A stretch of 64,000 nt of DNA from contig AWSN01000001.1 of assembly GCA_000505065.1 (NCBI GenBank), forward strand, positions 559,929 through 623,928, written 5' to 3'. Below the pieces are notes generated by a model. The model was given only the letters and a program-made list of their open reading frames with translations, was not told the DNA's origin and searched no databases. This stretch comes from Parcubacteria bacterium RAAC4_OD1_1. Lineage in GTDB: Bacteria; Patescibacteriota; Minisyncoccia; Phycocordibacterales; UBA9973. The position numbers and the translations under genes were made by a program. Numbering within the stretch: position 1 is the stretch's first letter; every line of letters starts with the position of its first letter. This document shows positions 47,549-57,655 of this stretch, one piece after another.

Positions 47549-47635
47549 AATGTTTTTAAAATTAAACTAATAAATCGTGAGGCCTTCACGATTTAAGTAA
47601 AACATAATGCAAAATATCATTTGGAAACTAGTGAA

Positions 47636-48337
47636 CTACTTTTTTCCAAGTTTCTTAAAACGAATTTTTCTGGTTGATTCTAATTTTCTAGGAATATCAT
47701 AAATATCTTTTGTCTTTATTTTCTTTCCAGTATCTGCTTTAACATTTTCTGCAATTTCTTTTGCACTTAATCTATATTCCTTGAAAGATTCTGGGTCACA
47801 AACATTTCTATTTTTATAATATTTTTCAACAACTAATTTTGGCTCAATATTTTTCAATGGTCTTATTTCATTCAAATATTTATCAAAATAATCATTTGTT
47901 ATTTCTTTTAACTTAATTAAATCTTTATCTGTTAATTTTTCGTGTACCTTTACATTCACAGATTTTTTATTTTTATCCAGCCAGAAAGAAAAAGGCGGAA
48001 TTGGATATTTAACTTTATTGAAATAAATAAAATGTTCAATTATTGAGGAATAATGTTCAGGTAAATTAAATTCATTGATTATCTCTTTGATTCCATCGGC
48101 TAATATATTAAGAGGTCTTTCTCCTTCGTCTAACTTAGTAATTATTTTTCCCATTAGCAATTGACTATATATTTCTTTATCTATATCATCGGTTTCTTCA
48201 CTAAACATTTCTTTCGGAATTCCAATACTTTTTCTTATATTCTCAACTTTTTCTATAAACTCATCCATGGAAAATAACAACAAAATATTGTCCATTTCTT
48301 TGCTTCCAAGACTTCTTTTATTCTTATTTTTCTTCAT
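47636..48337 (-). CDS. Hypothetical protein
   Basis: 233 aa, Lys-rich termini. Confidence 0.4.
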   Translation of the reverse strand: MKKNKNKRSLGSKEMDNILLLFSMDEFIEKVENIRKSIGIPKEMFSEETDDIDKEIYSQLLMGKIITKLDEGERPLNILADGIKEIINEFNLPEHYSSIIEHFIYFNKVKYPIPPFSFWLDKNKKSVNVKVHEKLTDKDLIKLKEITNDYFDKYLNEIRPLKNIEPKLVVEKYYKNRNVCDPESFKEYRLSAKEIAENVKADTGKKIKTKDIYDIPRKLESTRKIRFKKLGKK

Positions 48338-48417
48338 AACAGAATCTTATCATTATTTTAAATAAAGATTAATCATTAATAATTGGTTAATATGTCATTA
48401 TATGATAATATTTTCAT

Positions 48418-49248
48418 ATGAAAGAGAATATGCCATATAGAAATGATCCACCATTAAACATTAATGTATTTAGACATGGTGAATCAGAATATAAACAAAA
48501 AGATGTATCGATAGAAAATGCAAATGATTTAACCGAGAAAGGAATAGAAGATGTTAAAGATAGCGCGGTAAAATTATCTGAATTAATTAAACCAGAAGAA
48601 GAGGTTGAAATTTGGTCTTCACCTACAAGTAGAACATTACAAACTTCAAAAATAATTAGTGAGACACTAAAAAATAAAGGAATCCACATTAGAGAAAAGG
48701 GGTGTGATAACAATTTTGGAGTCAAAGTTTTTGATCAGCTATCTGAGGTAAAAAATTTTTCATGGAAGCTTTTTTATCCACTTGTTAATGGTGGTGATGT
48801 TGAATTCGAAGGAGAAAAGTTTCTTGTTGATAAAAAATTTACCAATCCACTTGATATTCATCTTAATGAATATTTTTCTAAAAATGGGATAGCTACCATT
48901 GATATAGATTATAAGAAAACATTACCCAGTAATTACGTAAAAGAAATAGATGGATTTGAAAAGTTTACAGATGCAGTAAGAAGAATTATCATACCGCTAT
49001 CAAGATTAAAAAAAATTAAAGATAAACCCTACCGTATAATCATGGTTACACATGATGTTTTTTCTGGATTTATTGCTAATATATTTTCTGCAGGAGAAGA
49101 TAGTGAAAAACATACTATTAATCCGGGAGAATTTATAAACATTGAACGGGATAATGATAAGTTAGTTGCTACTAAAGTTGGAGACTTTAGTGATGGAAAT
49201 AAAGATACTGATATAATTGAAGAATTTAATAATAAGTATGGTTCTTAA
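48418..49248 (+). CDS. Histidine phosphatase superfamily (phosphoglycerate mutase-like) protein
   Basis: 276 aa; NVFRHGESEYK (RHG catalytic motif), later H in TLQTS region. Confidence 0.55.
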   Translation: MKENMPYRNDPPLNINVFRHGESEYKQKDVSIENANDLTEKGIEDVKDSAVKLSELIKPEEEVEIWSSPTSRTLQTSKIISETLKNKGIHIREKGCDNNFGVKVFDQLSEVKNFSWKLFYPLVNGGDVEFEGEKFLVDKKFTNPLDIHLNEYFSKNGIATIDIDYKKTLPSNYVKEIDGFEKFTDAVRRIIIPLSRLKKIKDKPYRIIMVTHDVFSGFIANIFSAGEDSEKHTINPGEFINIERDNDKLVATKVGDFSDGNKDTDIIEEFNNKYGS

Positions 49249-50502
49249 TTATTTAAAATAAACTTTCCTAATTTTTGAGCCCAATAAAGAAGTAAAATAA
49301 TTTAAAAATTTATTATTACTTTTAGATACTTGATTTAAAGAGATTTTTTTATCATTATTTTTTACCAAAAAAACTCTCGTCCCTAAATTGCATTTATTTA
49401 TATTTGTTATATTTATAGCAAAATTATTAGAACTAATTAGCCCAAGATTATGAGTATGTTTTTTATTTAAAAAGACTGTTGCTTTTTCTGATAAATATCC
49501 TGTATTACCCCATCCTACAGGGATAGTGGCAACCTTTAATTTTTGTTTTGCTACATATTTTTTAAAATATCCAATAGCATCACCCTTACTAACATAATTT
49601 ATATCTGTTATGTGTGTTATCACTGATGAAATAATAGGATTATTTAAAAATCTACCTTTCTTATCTTGAAGAGTCCCATAAATAAGACACCCTGGTCTTA
49701 CAAAAACCTTAACACCAGGTAGAATATCATTAAATATTTTTTTATTATAAGATTTTTTAAAATTAATAATAGCAGAACTATTGGCACAATGTATTGATGA
49801 AATTTTTATCTTACTATAAGATACTTCCTTTAAAATATGTAAAAATTTATCAAACTGAATAGCTGTAAATTTTTTATCTTCGGCATCAGTAAAATGAGTC
49901 CACAAACTTTCTATTTTTATAAAGCTTAATTTAGAAGTATTATGAATTAATTTAAATGCTTTATTTACATTAACACCATATCGATTTAATCCAGTATTAA
50001 TTTGGATATGAACTTTTGCTATTTTATTTTTATCTTTTGCTATTTTATTTAATAAAACCATTAATTCATAAGAGCTAACAGTAATTTCGACATCCAAATC
50101 TAAAAGTTTTGAAAAATGATCATAGAATGGTGGATAAAGCAAAATAATAGGTGTTTTTATTTTATTTTCTCTGAGAATTATGGCTTCATCTATAGAACCA
50201 ACAGCAATTTTATCTGTGCCTAACTTTTCTAATATTTTAGCTATTGGTACTAACCCATGTCCATAAGCATTGGCCTTCAGAACAGAAATTATTCCTATGT
50301 TTAAACCAACTTCACTTGATATTTTTTTATAGTTTTCTTCTAATTGATATAAGTTAATATTCATCCAAGTTAATGGTAAATTATTTTTTTCTATTATTTT
50401 GCTTTTAATATTTTTATTAAAATAATTGTTTATATCAGTATTCCCTCTGATACTGAATAGGCCCCCGTCTTCTTTCTCATAATAAATATTTTCTTTAATC
50501 AT
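49249..50502 (-). CDS. Alanine racemase-family PLP enzyme
   Basis: 417 aa; ISVLKANAYGHGLVPIAKIL (PLP-Lys in the KANAYGHG motif). Confidence 0.7.
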   Translation of the reverse strand: MIKENIYYEKEDGGLFSIRGNTDINNYFNKNIKSKIIEKNNLPLTWMNINLYQLEENYKKISSEVGLNIGIISVLKANAYGHGLVPIAKILEKLGTDKIAVGSIDEAIILRENKIKTPIILLYPPFYDHFSKLLDLDVEITVSSYELMVLLNKIAKDKNKIAKVHIQINTGLNRYGVNVNKAFKLIHNTSKLSFIKIESLWTHFTDAEDKKFTAIQFDKFLHILKEVSYSKIKISSIHCANSSAIINFKKSYNKKIFNDILPGVKVFVRPGCLIYGTLQDKKGRFLNNPIISSVITHITDINYVSKGDAIGYFKKYVAKQKLKVATIPVGWGNTGYLSEKATVFLNKKHTHNLGLISSNNFAINITNINKCNLGTRVFLVKNNDKKISLNQVSKSNNKFLNYFTSLLGSKIRKVYFK

Positions 50503-50514
50503 ATTAATAAAAAA

Positions 50515-51732
50515 TTAATCAAAACTATAATAAATATTCTTAAATCGTGAATTAAATTTAATTACGTTGTTTTTAATATTTTTCCCTTTTAGTGAATCAT
50601 CTATAAAAATAGCTATTTCTTCCATATCTTTTTCCCTCATACCTCTTCTTGTGATTTCTTGTGTGCCAAGCCTGATAAATAATCTATTCCCCAATCTGTC
50701 ATCAAAATTAGTTGATATATTATTCTTAACAAGGTTGTTGTATGTTTTCTTTCTATTACCAAAATTATCTATATACAAATGAACCTGATGATTTAATGAA
50801 TACAAACCGTCAGGCGTTCTCCTTACTTCATAACCAAGACTTTCTAAACTCGCCCCTAGCTGATTAGAATTTTTTATAATTTGTTTCGCATACTCTTTAC
50901 CATATTTTTTCATTTCAAGAATGGATATAGATAATGATATAAGATGATGTGTATGAGAAGAAGAAACCAGTCCTTTGCTAATAACATCATTTACTTTCTT
51001 GGCTAATTTTTTATTTTTAAAAGCAATTAATCCTTTTTGTGGCCCTGGAAGAGTTTTGTGTGTATTTGCACAAATAATATCAGCTCCTTCTTTGAGAGGT
51101 GATTGAAATTGCCCACCCATCATTAAACCTATTGTGTGGCTTGCATCATATATAATAATAGCCTTATTGCCTAATGATTTTCTTAGTACCTTAATATTTA
51201 TTGGATTAATACAATATGAGATATCTAAATATAATAGTTTACACTTTTTTTCTTTAAAAATATCCTTAATTTTTTTACTATCAAAATCTAAAGATTCTAA
51301 ATTAAATGGGGCATAGACATATTTTCTGCCAGTTCTTTTTAAAATGTGACTTGTTGCAAAATGCCCTCCATCTTTATGTGCTACAATCATTACAGTATCA
51401 CCTGGATTAGATAAAGAAAGTATAGCGCACATCATTGCATGCACACCAGAAAGACAAAGTGGTGTAAAACTCTCACAGTTTATCATTTTTTTCATTGATG
51501 AATTTGCTTCATCTATTAAATCCTGAATATCTTTAAGTCCAAGACATGTGAAAGGATTCCAATCTATAATTCCTTTTACACCTGAACCAAAGAAATATCT
51601 CTCAGATAATTTACTGAATAAAAAGCCATTGGCTGTCTCAGAAAGCTGATTTTCATATGCAGTTAAATGCAAGAAATTACTATTCCTTTTTTCTAACTTT
51701 TTTATATTACTAATTAATTTATTTATTTTCAT
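50515..51732 (-). CDS. Serine hydroxymethyltransferase-like (SHMT/threonine-transaldolase fold) PLP enzyme
   Basis: 405 aa; ANTHKTLPGPQKGLI matches SHMT TTHKTLRGPRGG PLP-lysine motif; otherwise diverged. Confidence 0.55.
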   Translation of the reverse strand: MKINKLISNIKKLEKRNSNFLHLTAYENQLSETANGFLFSKLSERYFFGSGVKGIIDWNPFTCLGLKDIQDLIDEANSSMKKMINCESFTPLCLSGVHAMMCAILSLSNPGDTVMIVAHKDGGHFATSHILKRTGRKYVYAPFNLESLDFDSKKIKDIFKEKKCKLLYLDISYCINPINIKVLRKSLGNKAIIIYDASHTIGLMMGGQFQSPLKEGADIICANTHKTLPGPQKGLIAFKNKKLAKKVNDVISKGLVSSSHTHHLISLSISILEMKKYGKEYAKQIIKNSNQLGASLESLGYEVRRTPDGLYSLNHQVHLYIDNFGNRKKTYNNLVKNNISTNFDDRLGNRLFIRLGTQEITRRGMREKDMEEIAIFIDDSLKGKNIKNNVIKFNSRFKNIYYSFD

Positions 51733-51735
51733 AAC

Positions 51736-53112
51736 TTATATTTTTACGTATAAAATCATTAACTTATTGCTATTTCGCATTTTTATAAGTACATTTTTAA
51801 TCTCTTGTAAGCTAATCTTATTATAATCAATTTCAATCTTATCTATTTTTTTATCAATATTATAAATACTGGAAATTAATTTTTGCCCACCAGTGGAAAC
51901 AGAACCATTATTATCTATAACAATAATCCCCATTGAAATCTTTCTAGAAACAGCTTCAGATAGTGCTTGAATTCCGCTATGTAAAAAAGAAGCATCCCCA
52001 GTAATACAAAATGGATATTGAACTCCCCCTAAAACAAGACCAATGCCATTCCCGACAGAAGATCCTAAACATAGGCAAGAATCAATCACATGTGTCGATT
52101 CAACTGTGAATTGTCCTACGTCACCAACTACAAAACTTGGTTTTATAGATTTAATTGCTTTAAATAATTTAGATAAATTATCCCAAACAATCCAATTCTT
52201 AGATTCATCAGAAATAATTTTAATCTTTGATTTTAGGACCAGATTCTTATTTTTGTTTTGAATTAAATTCTCAATTTTTTTGAAGACTAAATCATCTCCT
52301 TGTTCAAGAACAACAACTTCATTTTTTTTATTAATAAATTTTTGAATTGTTTTTTTGGGGATGGGATATGTTTCAATAAATAATTTATCCCAGTATTTAT
52401 ACTTTTTTAAATATGACTCCTCTAATGAAGCCCCAACAGCTATAACACCTAATTTACTTTTTTTATATGGTATATACTTTATAAATTTATCAACAAAATT
52501 ATCGATCTCAATATTTTTTTGGTCTAATCTTTTTTTCTGTTCTAACCAATAATTTGGGTAAATTATATATTTATTACTATTTTTGGATATCTTTATTTTA
52601 TCTAATTTTATTTTGTCTAATTTTTTATAATCATCAATTAAATTAAAAAAATTATTTGTAAGACGTATAACAACAGGAGTATCATATTTTTCTGATAAAT
52701 AAAAAGACTGTCGTGCAATATTATATGCAGAATTTAATGAATTAGGCTCAAACCACATCCCACCAAAGAAATCATGGTAATGCCTTGAATCTTGTCTTTC
52801 TTGTGATGCAACAACATCAACATCTTCTGTAATAACAATAACCATCCCCCCATTAACTCCAGATAATAATGAATGTAAAAATGGGTCAGATGCAACATTT
52901 AGCCCAATATTTTTTATTGTTAAAAGACTTCTTTTTCCTGACAAACTAATCCCATAAGATATATCAAAAGCTACTCTTTCATTCAATGATATTCTATCCC
53001 CGTTAAGATTATCAAAAATTTCATGACTATAAAAACCTGGGAAATTTATAACATTATCAACTCCGCCATCAATAAAACCGTCACACAATGTTTTTATAGA
53101 TTTTTTAATCAT
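51736..53112 (-). CDS. Thiamine-pyrophosphate-dependent enzyme (2-keto-acid decarboxylase/sulfo- or phosphonopyruvate decarboxylase-like)
   Basis: 458 aa; C-terminal TPP-binding fold GDVGQFT...ITGDASFLHSG...IDNNGSVSTGGQ. Confidence 0.55.
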   Translation of the reverse strand: MIKKSIKTLCDGFIDGGVDNVINFPGFYSHEIFDNLNGDRISLNERVAFDISYGISLSGKRSLLTIKNIGLNVASDPFLHSLLSGVNGGMVIVITEDVDVVASQERQDSRHYHDFFGGMWFEPNSLNSAYNIARQSFYLSEKYDTPVVIRLTNNFFNLIDDYKKLDKIKLDKIKISKNSNKYIIYPNYWLEQKKRLDQKNIEIDNFVDKFIKYIPYKKSKLGVIAVGASLEESYLKKYKYWDKLFIETYPIPKKTIQKFINKKNEVVVLEQGDDLVFKKIENLIQNKNKNLVLKSKIKIISDESKNWIVWDNLSKLFKAIKSIKPSFVVGDVGQFTVESTHVIDSCLCLGSSVGNGIGLVLGGVQYPFCITGDASFLHSGIQALSEAVSRKISMGIIVIDNNGSVSTGGQKLISSIYNIDKKIDKIEIDYNKISLQEIKNVLIKMRNSNKLMILYVKI

Positions 53113-54584
53113 ATTTCAATTTTAGATTTTATTAATGGGCTATCATTATTTTCAAAATTAATATTTGATTTATAAATTAAACTCATTATTTTTGCGGGAA
53201 TATCATGTGATGTTATATTAGACAACATAGAATTTATATCAATAAAACCTCCTAAATAATTTAAAAATTCTAATATCACCAATTCTTTTGCGGTTTCATG
53301 AAATAATTTATTATCCTGAAAGTCATTTTCCTTATCTAAATCTTTGAGATTATAAACTTTTAATGGTAATTCATCTTTGCTAAACATTTTTGCATTTCTA
53401 AAAACATAAATATCAAAATGATTATTCCCCCCTAAATTATAATCGTGAACAGTATTTTTATCTTGCATATCATTAGATTGATAATTATGTATTTGTATAC
53501 ACTGAAATGGACCTTGTTGTATATAATAATATTGATGCTTTACTCTTCCGTTTCCTTTATATAAATCATCATTGGGCTTAATCCATGCTCTTCTTGAAAA
53601 ACTGTTGTGAAGTAAATTTACTGATATATTACAAATATTTATATTATTTTTTGTTAATTTTATATTAGAAAAAATATCTATTTCCCCATAGTTTTTATAT
53701 AGTTCTTTAAGCTCTATTTCATCTCTTCTTTTACATTTATTATAAACTTCTTTACCAAAATAATTCTCATAATCTTTTTGCCCAAATTGAACCAATAAAC
53801 CTTCTGGATTAAGAAAAGATGAATATACCTCTATTCCATCTGGTTCTTTATCTTTTACTAAACCATTTTTATAGAGTTGCCAAATTATATCAAAAATATG
53901 ATAACTACTATGTGACCCCTTACCATAACCCAAATTATATGGATGATATGTTTGTTCAACTATTTCATCTGGAAATATCCATACCCCATCTGAGTGCATT
54001 GCCTGTATTGATGTTACTGGTGCATTAAATTTTTCTGAAACTTCTTTAATTAAATCAAATACTTTTAAATATCCTTTTTCATATCTTCGCTGTACATTTA
54101 TAGAAAAAACTGTTTCTTTTTCTTTTTGTAATTTTAAATAAGCTTTCAGTATTTCCTCATAGTCATCATAAATACCATCAGCCTGTTTTATATTATGACT
54201 AACATTTTTTCTTGTTGAAATTGGTTTATCCATTAAAATATTTAAACCTTGACTAATTGCCCATAATGCATAACTTTTATGAGCTAATGGTTCCGTAGAA
54301 ATAACAACACCTGTTATATTATTTTCTTTAACAGCAATAGAAAGTAAATCTCTGTTTTCTTCTGATAATTCTTGAGTATTATCATAATCCTCAATGTAAA
54401 ACATTTTTAGGTTAAAATTATTAGAATCAAGATAGTCTTCTATATTATTTTTTTTACTTTTAAAATCTACTCCTAATTTTAAACAAAAAGGCATATTATC
54501 CATATGTTTAAACAATGTTGGAATATAAATTCTCTTTGCATGCAATCCAACCCCTATTATCATTATGTTATTACATATGGGCAT
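53109..54584 (-). CDS. Gfo/Idh/MocA-like NAD(P)-dependent oxidoreductase
   Basis: 491 aa; N-terminal Rossmann IMIIGVGLHAKRIYIP. Confidence 0.45.
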   Translation of the reverse strand: MPICNNIMIIGVGLHAKRIYIPTLFKHMDNMPFCLKLGVDFKSKKNNIEDYLDSNNFNLKMFYIEDYDNTQELSEENRDLLSIAVKENNITGVVISTEPLAHKSYALWAISQGLNILMDKPISTRKNVSHNIKQADGIYDDYEEILKAYLKLQKEKETVFSINVQRRYEKGYLKVFDLIKEVSEKFNAPVTSIQAMHSDGVWIFPDEIVEQTYHPYNLGYGKGSHSSYHIFDIIWQLYKNGLVKDKEPDGIEVYSSFLNPEGLLVQFGQKDYENYFGKEVYNKCKRRDEIELKELYKNYGEIDIFSNIKLTKNNINICNISVNLLHNSFSRRAWIKPNDDLYKGNGRVKHQYYYIQQGPFQCIQIHNYQSNDMQDKNTVHDYNLGGNNHFDIYVFRNAKMFSKDELPLKVYNLKDLDKENDFQDNKLFHETAKELVILEFLNYLGGFIDINSMLSNITSHDIPAKIMSLIYKSNINFENNDSPLIKSKIEI

Positions 54585-54670
54585 ATAATATATAGTAACT
54601 ATATCATTATCTGTTAAAAATTAAAATGTATACCTTATGTTGTTGATTGGCCATATGATATAATTACTAA

Positions 54671-55660
54671 ATGAGTAAACATGATATTTATATTAAAAAA
54701 ATTATAAAATTTAAAGTTGGTGGTAATCTATTGAAATCTAAAAGAATATTGGGTGGACATAGTGGTTATGTATATGCAGTTAGCGTAAAATTAAATTCTA
54801 ATATAAATGAATACATCATAAAATTATCAAATATAATAGGTTCAAAATCATTGAGGGATGAAAAAAATGAGCAACGAGTATATGGAGGTCATTCAAAAAG
54901 TCTAGCTAAGGTTCATAATCTTCTTAAAAAGAAAAATTTAAAAACATTTACTTTAATATCACACTCGTTACCAAACAAAGAAATACCATATTTCTACCAA
55001 TTAATTTCTAAATTAAATGGATTTTCTGTGAGAGAACATTTAGTGATTAATAATATTAATAAAAAAGAATTATTTGAATTAGCTGGTGTTGAATTTGCTA
55101 AATTACATTTAATAACAAGAAATTATGACGGTTGGGTGGAACAAGATACTCCATATAATATAAGCTGGGAGGAATCTTTTTTTTCAGCATTAGATTTTAG
55201 ATTAAAATATTTAATAGAAAATAAATATTTTAATGACAAAGATTCAAAAAAATTAATTCATTTTATTAAAAATAAAAAAATAAAATGGACGTCACCCAAA
55301 GAATATGTTTTTTCTCATGTGGATGGGTTACAAGGGATGGTTGAGTATAAAAAAAATAATTGGATATTTAATGGACATATTGATTTAGAAGATTATAGAT
55401 TTACTGATCAAAGATTTGTTTTAGCTGGATTTGAAATTGGAGCAAATTATTCAACAAAAGAAGCTCCTATTAATTTTTGGGACGGTTATTTAAAATTTAA
55501 AAAGATAGATAAGAGTTACCATGAATTAAAAGATTTATTTAAAGTATTTTACTTTATGTCTTGGATACATATGACTGCTCTTAGTTTAAAAAATGATAAA
55601 TTGTCTCGAAAAATAAGTAAAATTTATATTAAAAAAATAAAGATATTAATGATTAAATAA
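54671..55660 (+). CDS. APH/choline-kinase-like phosphotransferase
   Basis: 329 aa; catalytic loop FSHVDGLQGMV (HxD..) and NGHIDLEDY (metal-binding D). Confidence 0.5.
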   Translation: MSKHDIYIKKIIKFKVGGNLLKSKRILGGHSGYVYAVSVKLNSNINEYIIKLSNIIGSKSLRDEKNEQRVYGGHSKSLAKVHNLLKKKNLKTFTLISHSLPNKEIPYFYQLISKLNGFSVREHLVINNINKKELFELAGVEFAKLHLITRNYDGWVEQDTPYNISWEESFFSALDFRLKYLIENKYFNDKDSKKLIHFIKNKKIKWTSPKEYVFSHVDGLQGMVEYKKNNWIFNGHIDLEDYRFTDQRFVLAGFEIGANYSTKEAPINFWDGYLKFKKIDKSYHELKDLFKVFYFMSWIHMTALSLKNDKLSRKISKIYIKKIKILMIK

Positions 55661-55757
55661 ATGATATGTCTTTATCCTTAGAATCAGCTCAAAATTATTT
55701 AGAAAAAAGAAGTAAAAGTTGTCATAGATAGACAACTTGGTTCTCCTCATCCAAAAT

Positions 55758-56171
55758 ATGAATATAATAAAGAAAATAAAAGAATTAAATTTACCCAAAG
55801 ACCAATATATAGTTGTTGGTAGTGGTATTTTAGACATGTTAGGAATTAGAAAATCTAATGATATAGATATTGCAGTTACAAAAGATTTATTCGATAAAAT
55901 GAGAAAAACTGATGAATGGGAAGAAGTAGAAAAATACAATAAAATTTTTCTCAAAAAAGAAGGTTTTGATATTATCCCTCAGTTAGATTGGGAAAATTAT
56001 ACCACCACCACAGAAGAAGCAATATCTAGTGCTTTAATAATAGAGGGTATTCCATTTATGAATTTAAATGAACTTATTAAATTCAAAACTGCATTAGGAA
56101 GAGAAAAAGATTTTAAGGACATAGAACTTATTAAAGAGTATTCAACTAAGAAACTAGAAAAAAGGCCTTAG
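55758..56171 (+). CDS. Pol-beta-superfamily nucleotidyltransferase (ANT/Lnu-like)
   Basis: GSGILDMLGIRKSNDIDIAV = GS...DxD nucleotidyltransferase motif; likely start MNIIKK. Confidence 0.5.
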   Translation: MNIIKKIKELNLPKDQYIVVGSGILDMLGIRKSNDIDIAVTKDLFDKMRKTDEWEEVEKYNKIFLKKEGFDIIPQLDWENYTTTTEEAISSALIIEGIPFMNLNELIKFKTALGREKDFKDIELIKEYSTKKLEKRP

Positions 56172-56488
56172 CGTGTCGCATTTGTCGCATTTTTGGTAAA
56201 AGAGCTATAGATAGCAATAAACGAAGAGTGACTCACAGGGCTAATTTAGAGTCCTTTAAATGTGTTAAAATACCTTTACAAGGGTTGAACTCGTGGGTAC
56301 TGAACTCACATGGCCCGCAATAAAATAACGAACCCAATGTGAAAACATTGGGTGATTTATTTTATAGGAGAATGGTGGATTCGAACCGAGGGCTTGCGAA
56401 GCCTGCGGTAGCGGAAAGCCCGAGTGGGGGTCGAACGAGTGAGATATTTTATGAATGAGAATAAAATAAAATATCCACGAGAGTGACC

Positions 56489-56521
56489 GAATCTCACCGC
56501 TTTCACAGAAAAATAAAGTAT
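56489..56521 (+). repeat. Decayed attR-like repeat of the tRNA-Ser 3' end plus 17 nt of downstream flank
   Basis: 30 of 34 positions identical to 45492-45525. Confidence 0.6.
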
Positions 56522-56567
56522 ATGTAATTCAATTACCTTAATTTAATATTTAAGGTATAATTTATGA

Positions 56568-57551
56568 ATGAAAGAATTATTAAAAATAAACAAGGTAGAA
56601 AATATTGATAATGAGGAAAAAAATACCCCAGAGTTAGAACAGAACCCTGATTTAGCTAATGCTGCATATGAAACTTTAGGTTTTAAAGGAAAAGATTTTG
56701 TTTATACTTCTGAATTAATAGATGAGGTTATCGAAAAACCTGATTTTGAAGAATTATTACCGGTTGCTCAAATTTTTAAACATAAAGATAGAATAAATCA
56801 TACCAAAGTTTTTTTGGGTAAAAATGTTCGATCGGTAAATTTTTTAAATCAAAACACAATAGCTCTTGGTCAAACAACAAATTTTATAGAGAATAATAAA
56901 ATAGCCAATAATATTTTTGTTTTTGATAAAAAATATTACGAAGCACTAGGTAAACCTGAAAGAGAAAGTCAGCAGTCCACTTTATTACACGAAGAGATAC
57001 ACAGATATACTTCATTTATAATTGGAGAATATAAAAAAATAGCCAAATTCCCTGGTATTGAATATTGTGAAAAATTTAAGGAACATTTTAATTCCCTTGG
57101 TATTCATGATGTGTCTTTAGAAATTGAATTCTTAAAAGAATATTTTAACTTATTTGAAATATATAAAAATCAAGGAGGATGGCTTAATTCAATTGAGTTT
57201 ATTACATATGGGTTAACAAATAAAGGAGGGGTTGATTTTCTAAAAAATATTAGATTGCATGGCAGAGAACTTTCTAAAAGGAGTCAAGATTCACTTAATA
57301 ATCTCACACTATATGATGCTCTATTAGATTTATTTAAATATTACTATACAAACTTATCTGATGATGTTTATGCTTCTTCTACAGATACAGTTAAGTTAAA
57401 ATTTGACAGCGTTTTAGTATCTACAGAACAAAAAAATAAAGCTGAGCAAATATATTTAGAATATATAAAAACTTTAGCAAGTAAAAACGATATAACAAAA
57501 GAAGGATTTATCGATTTTATAAAAACAAAAGAATTAGGTTCACATATTTAG
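56568..57551 (+). CDS. Hypothetical protein with HExxH (putative zinc metallopeptidase) motif
   Basis: 327 aa; STLLHEEIHRYTSF. Confidence 0.35.
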   Translation: MKELLKINKVENIDNEEKNTPELEQNPDLANAAYETLGFKGKDFVYTSELIDEVIEKPDFEELLPVAQIFKHKDRINHTKVFLGKNVRSVNFLNQNTIALGQTTNFIENNKIANNIFVFDKKYYEALGKPERESQQSTLLHEEIHRYTSFIIGEYKKIAKFPGIEYCEKFKEHFNSLGIHDVSLEIEFLKEYFNLFEIYKNQGGWLNSIEFITYGLTNKGGVDFLKNIRLHGRELSKRSQDSLNNLTLYDALLDLFKYYYTNLSDDVYASSTDTVKLKFDSVLVSTEQKNKAEQIYLEYIKTLASKNDITKEGFIDFIKTKELGSHI

Positions 57552-57655
57552 CTTATTATCTTTAAAATATACTAAAATACTATACAGGGTTTGAGTTTGT
57601 GGGTATCGAAATCACCACCTCCGTAATTATATAATCTTTATGTTATAATATATCT

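Larger units (their letters stand above)
45509..56521 (+). mobile_element. Degenerate genomic island (~11 kb) at the tRNA-Ser 3' end with imperfect 33/34-nt direct repeats and a truncated serine recombinase
   Basis: gaatctcaccgcttccgcaggaaaaataaagtat (45492-45525) versus gaatctcaccgctttcacagaaaaataaagtat (56489-56521); cargo is accessory-type. Confidence 0.6.

Noticed and set aside
56370-56521. Complete tmRNA (ssrA) gene
   Set aside because: Only the 5' tRNA-like-end motif resembles tmRNA. No resume codon or plausible tag ending in ALAA-like residues could be found, and no matching 3' acceptor or CCA. Kept only as an uncertain structured element.
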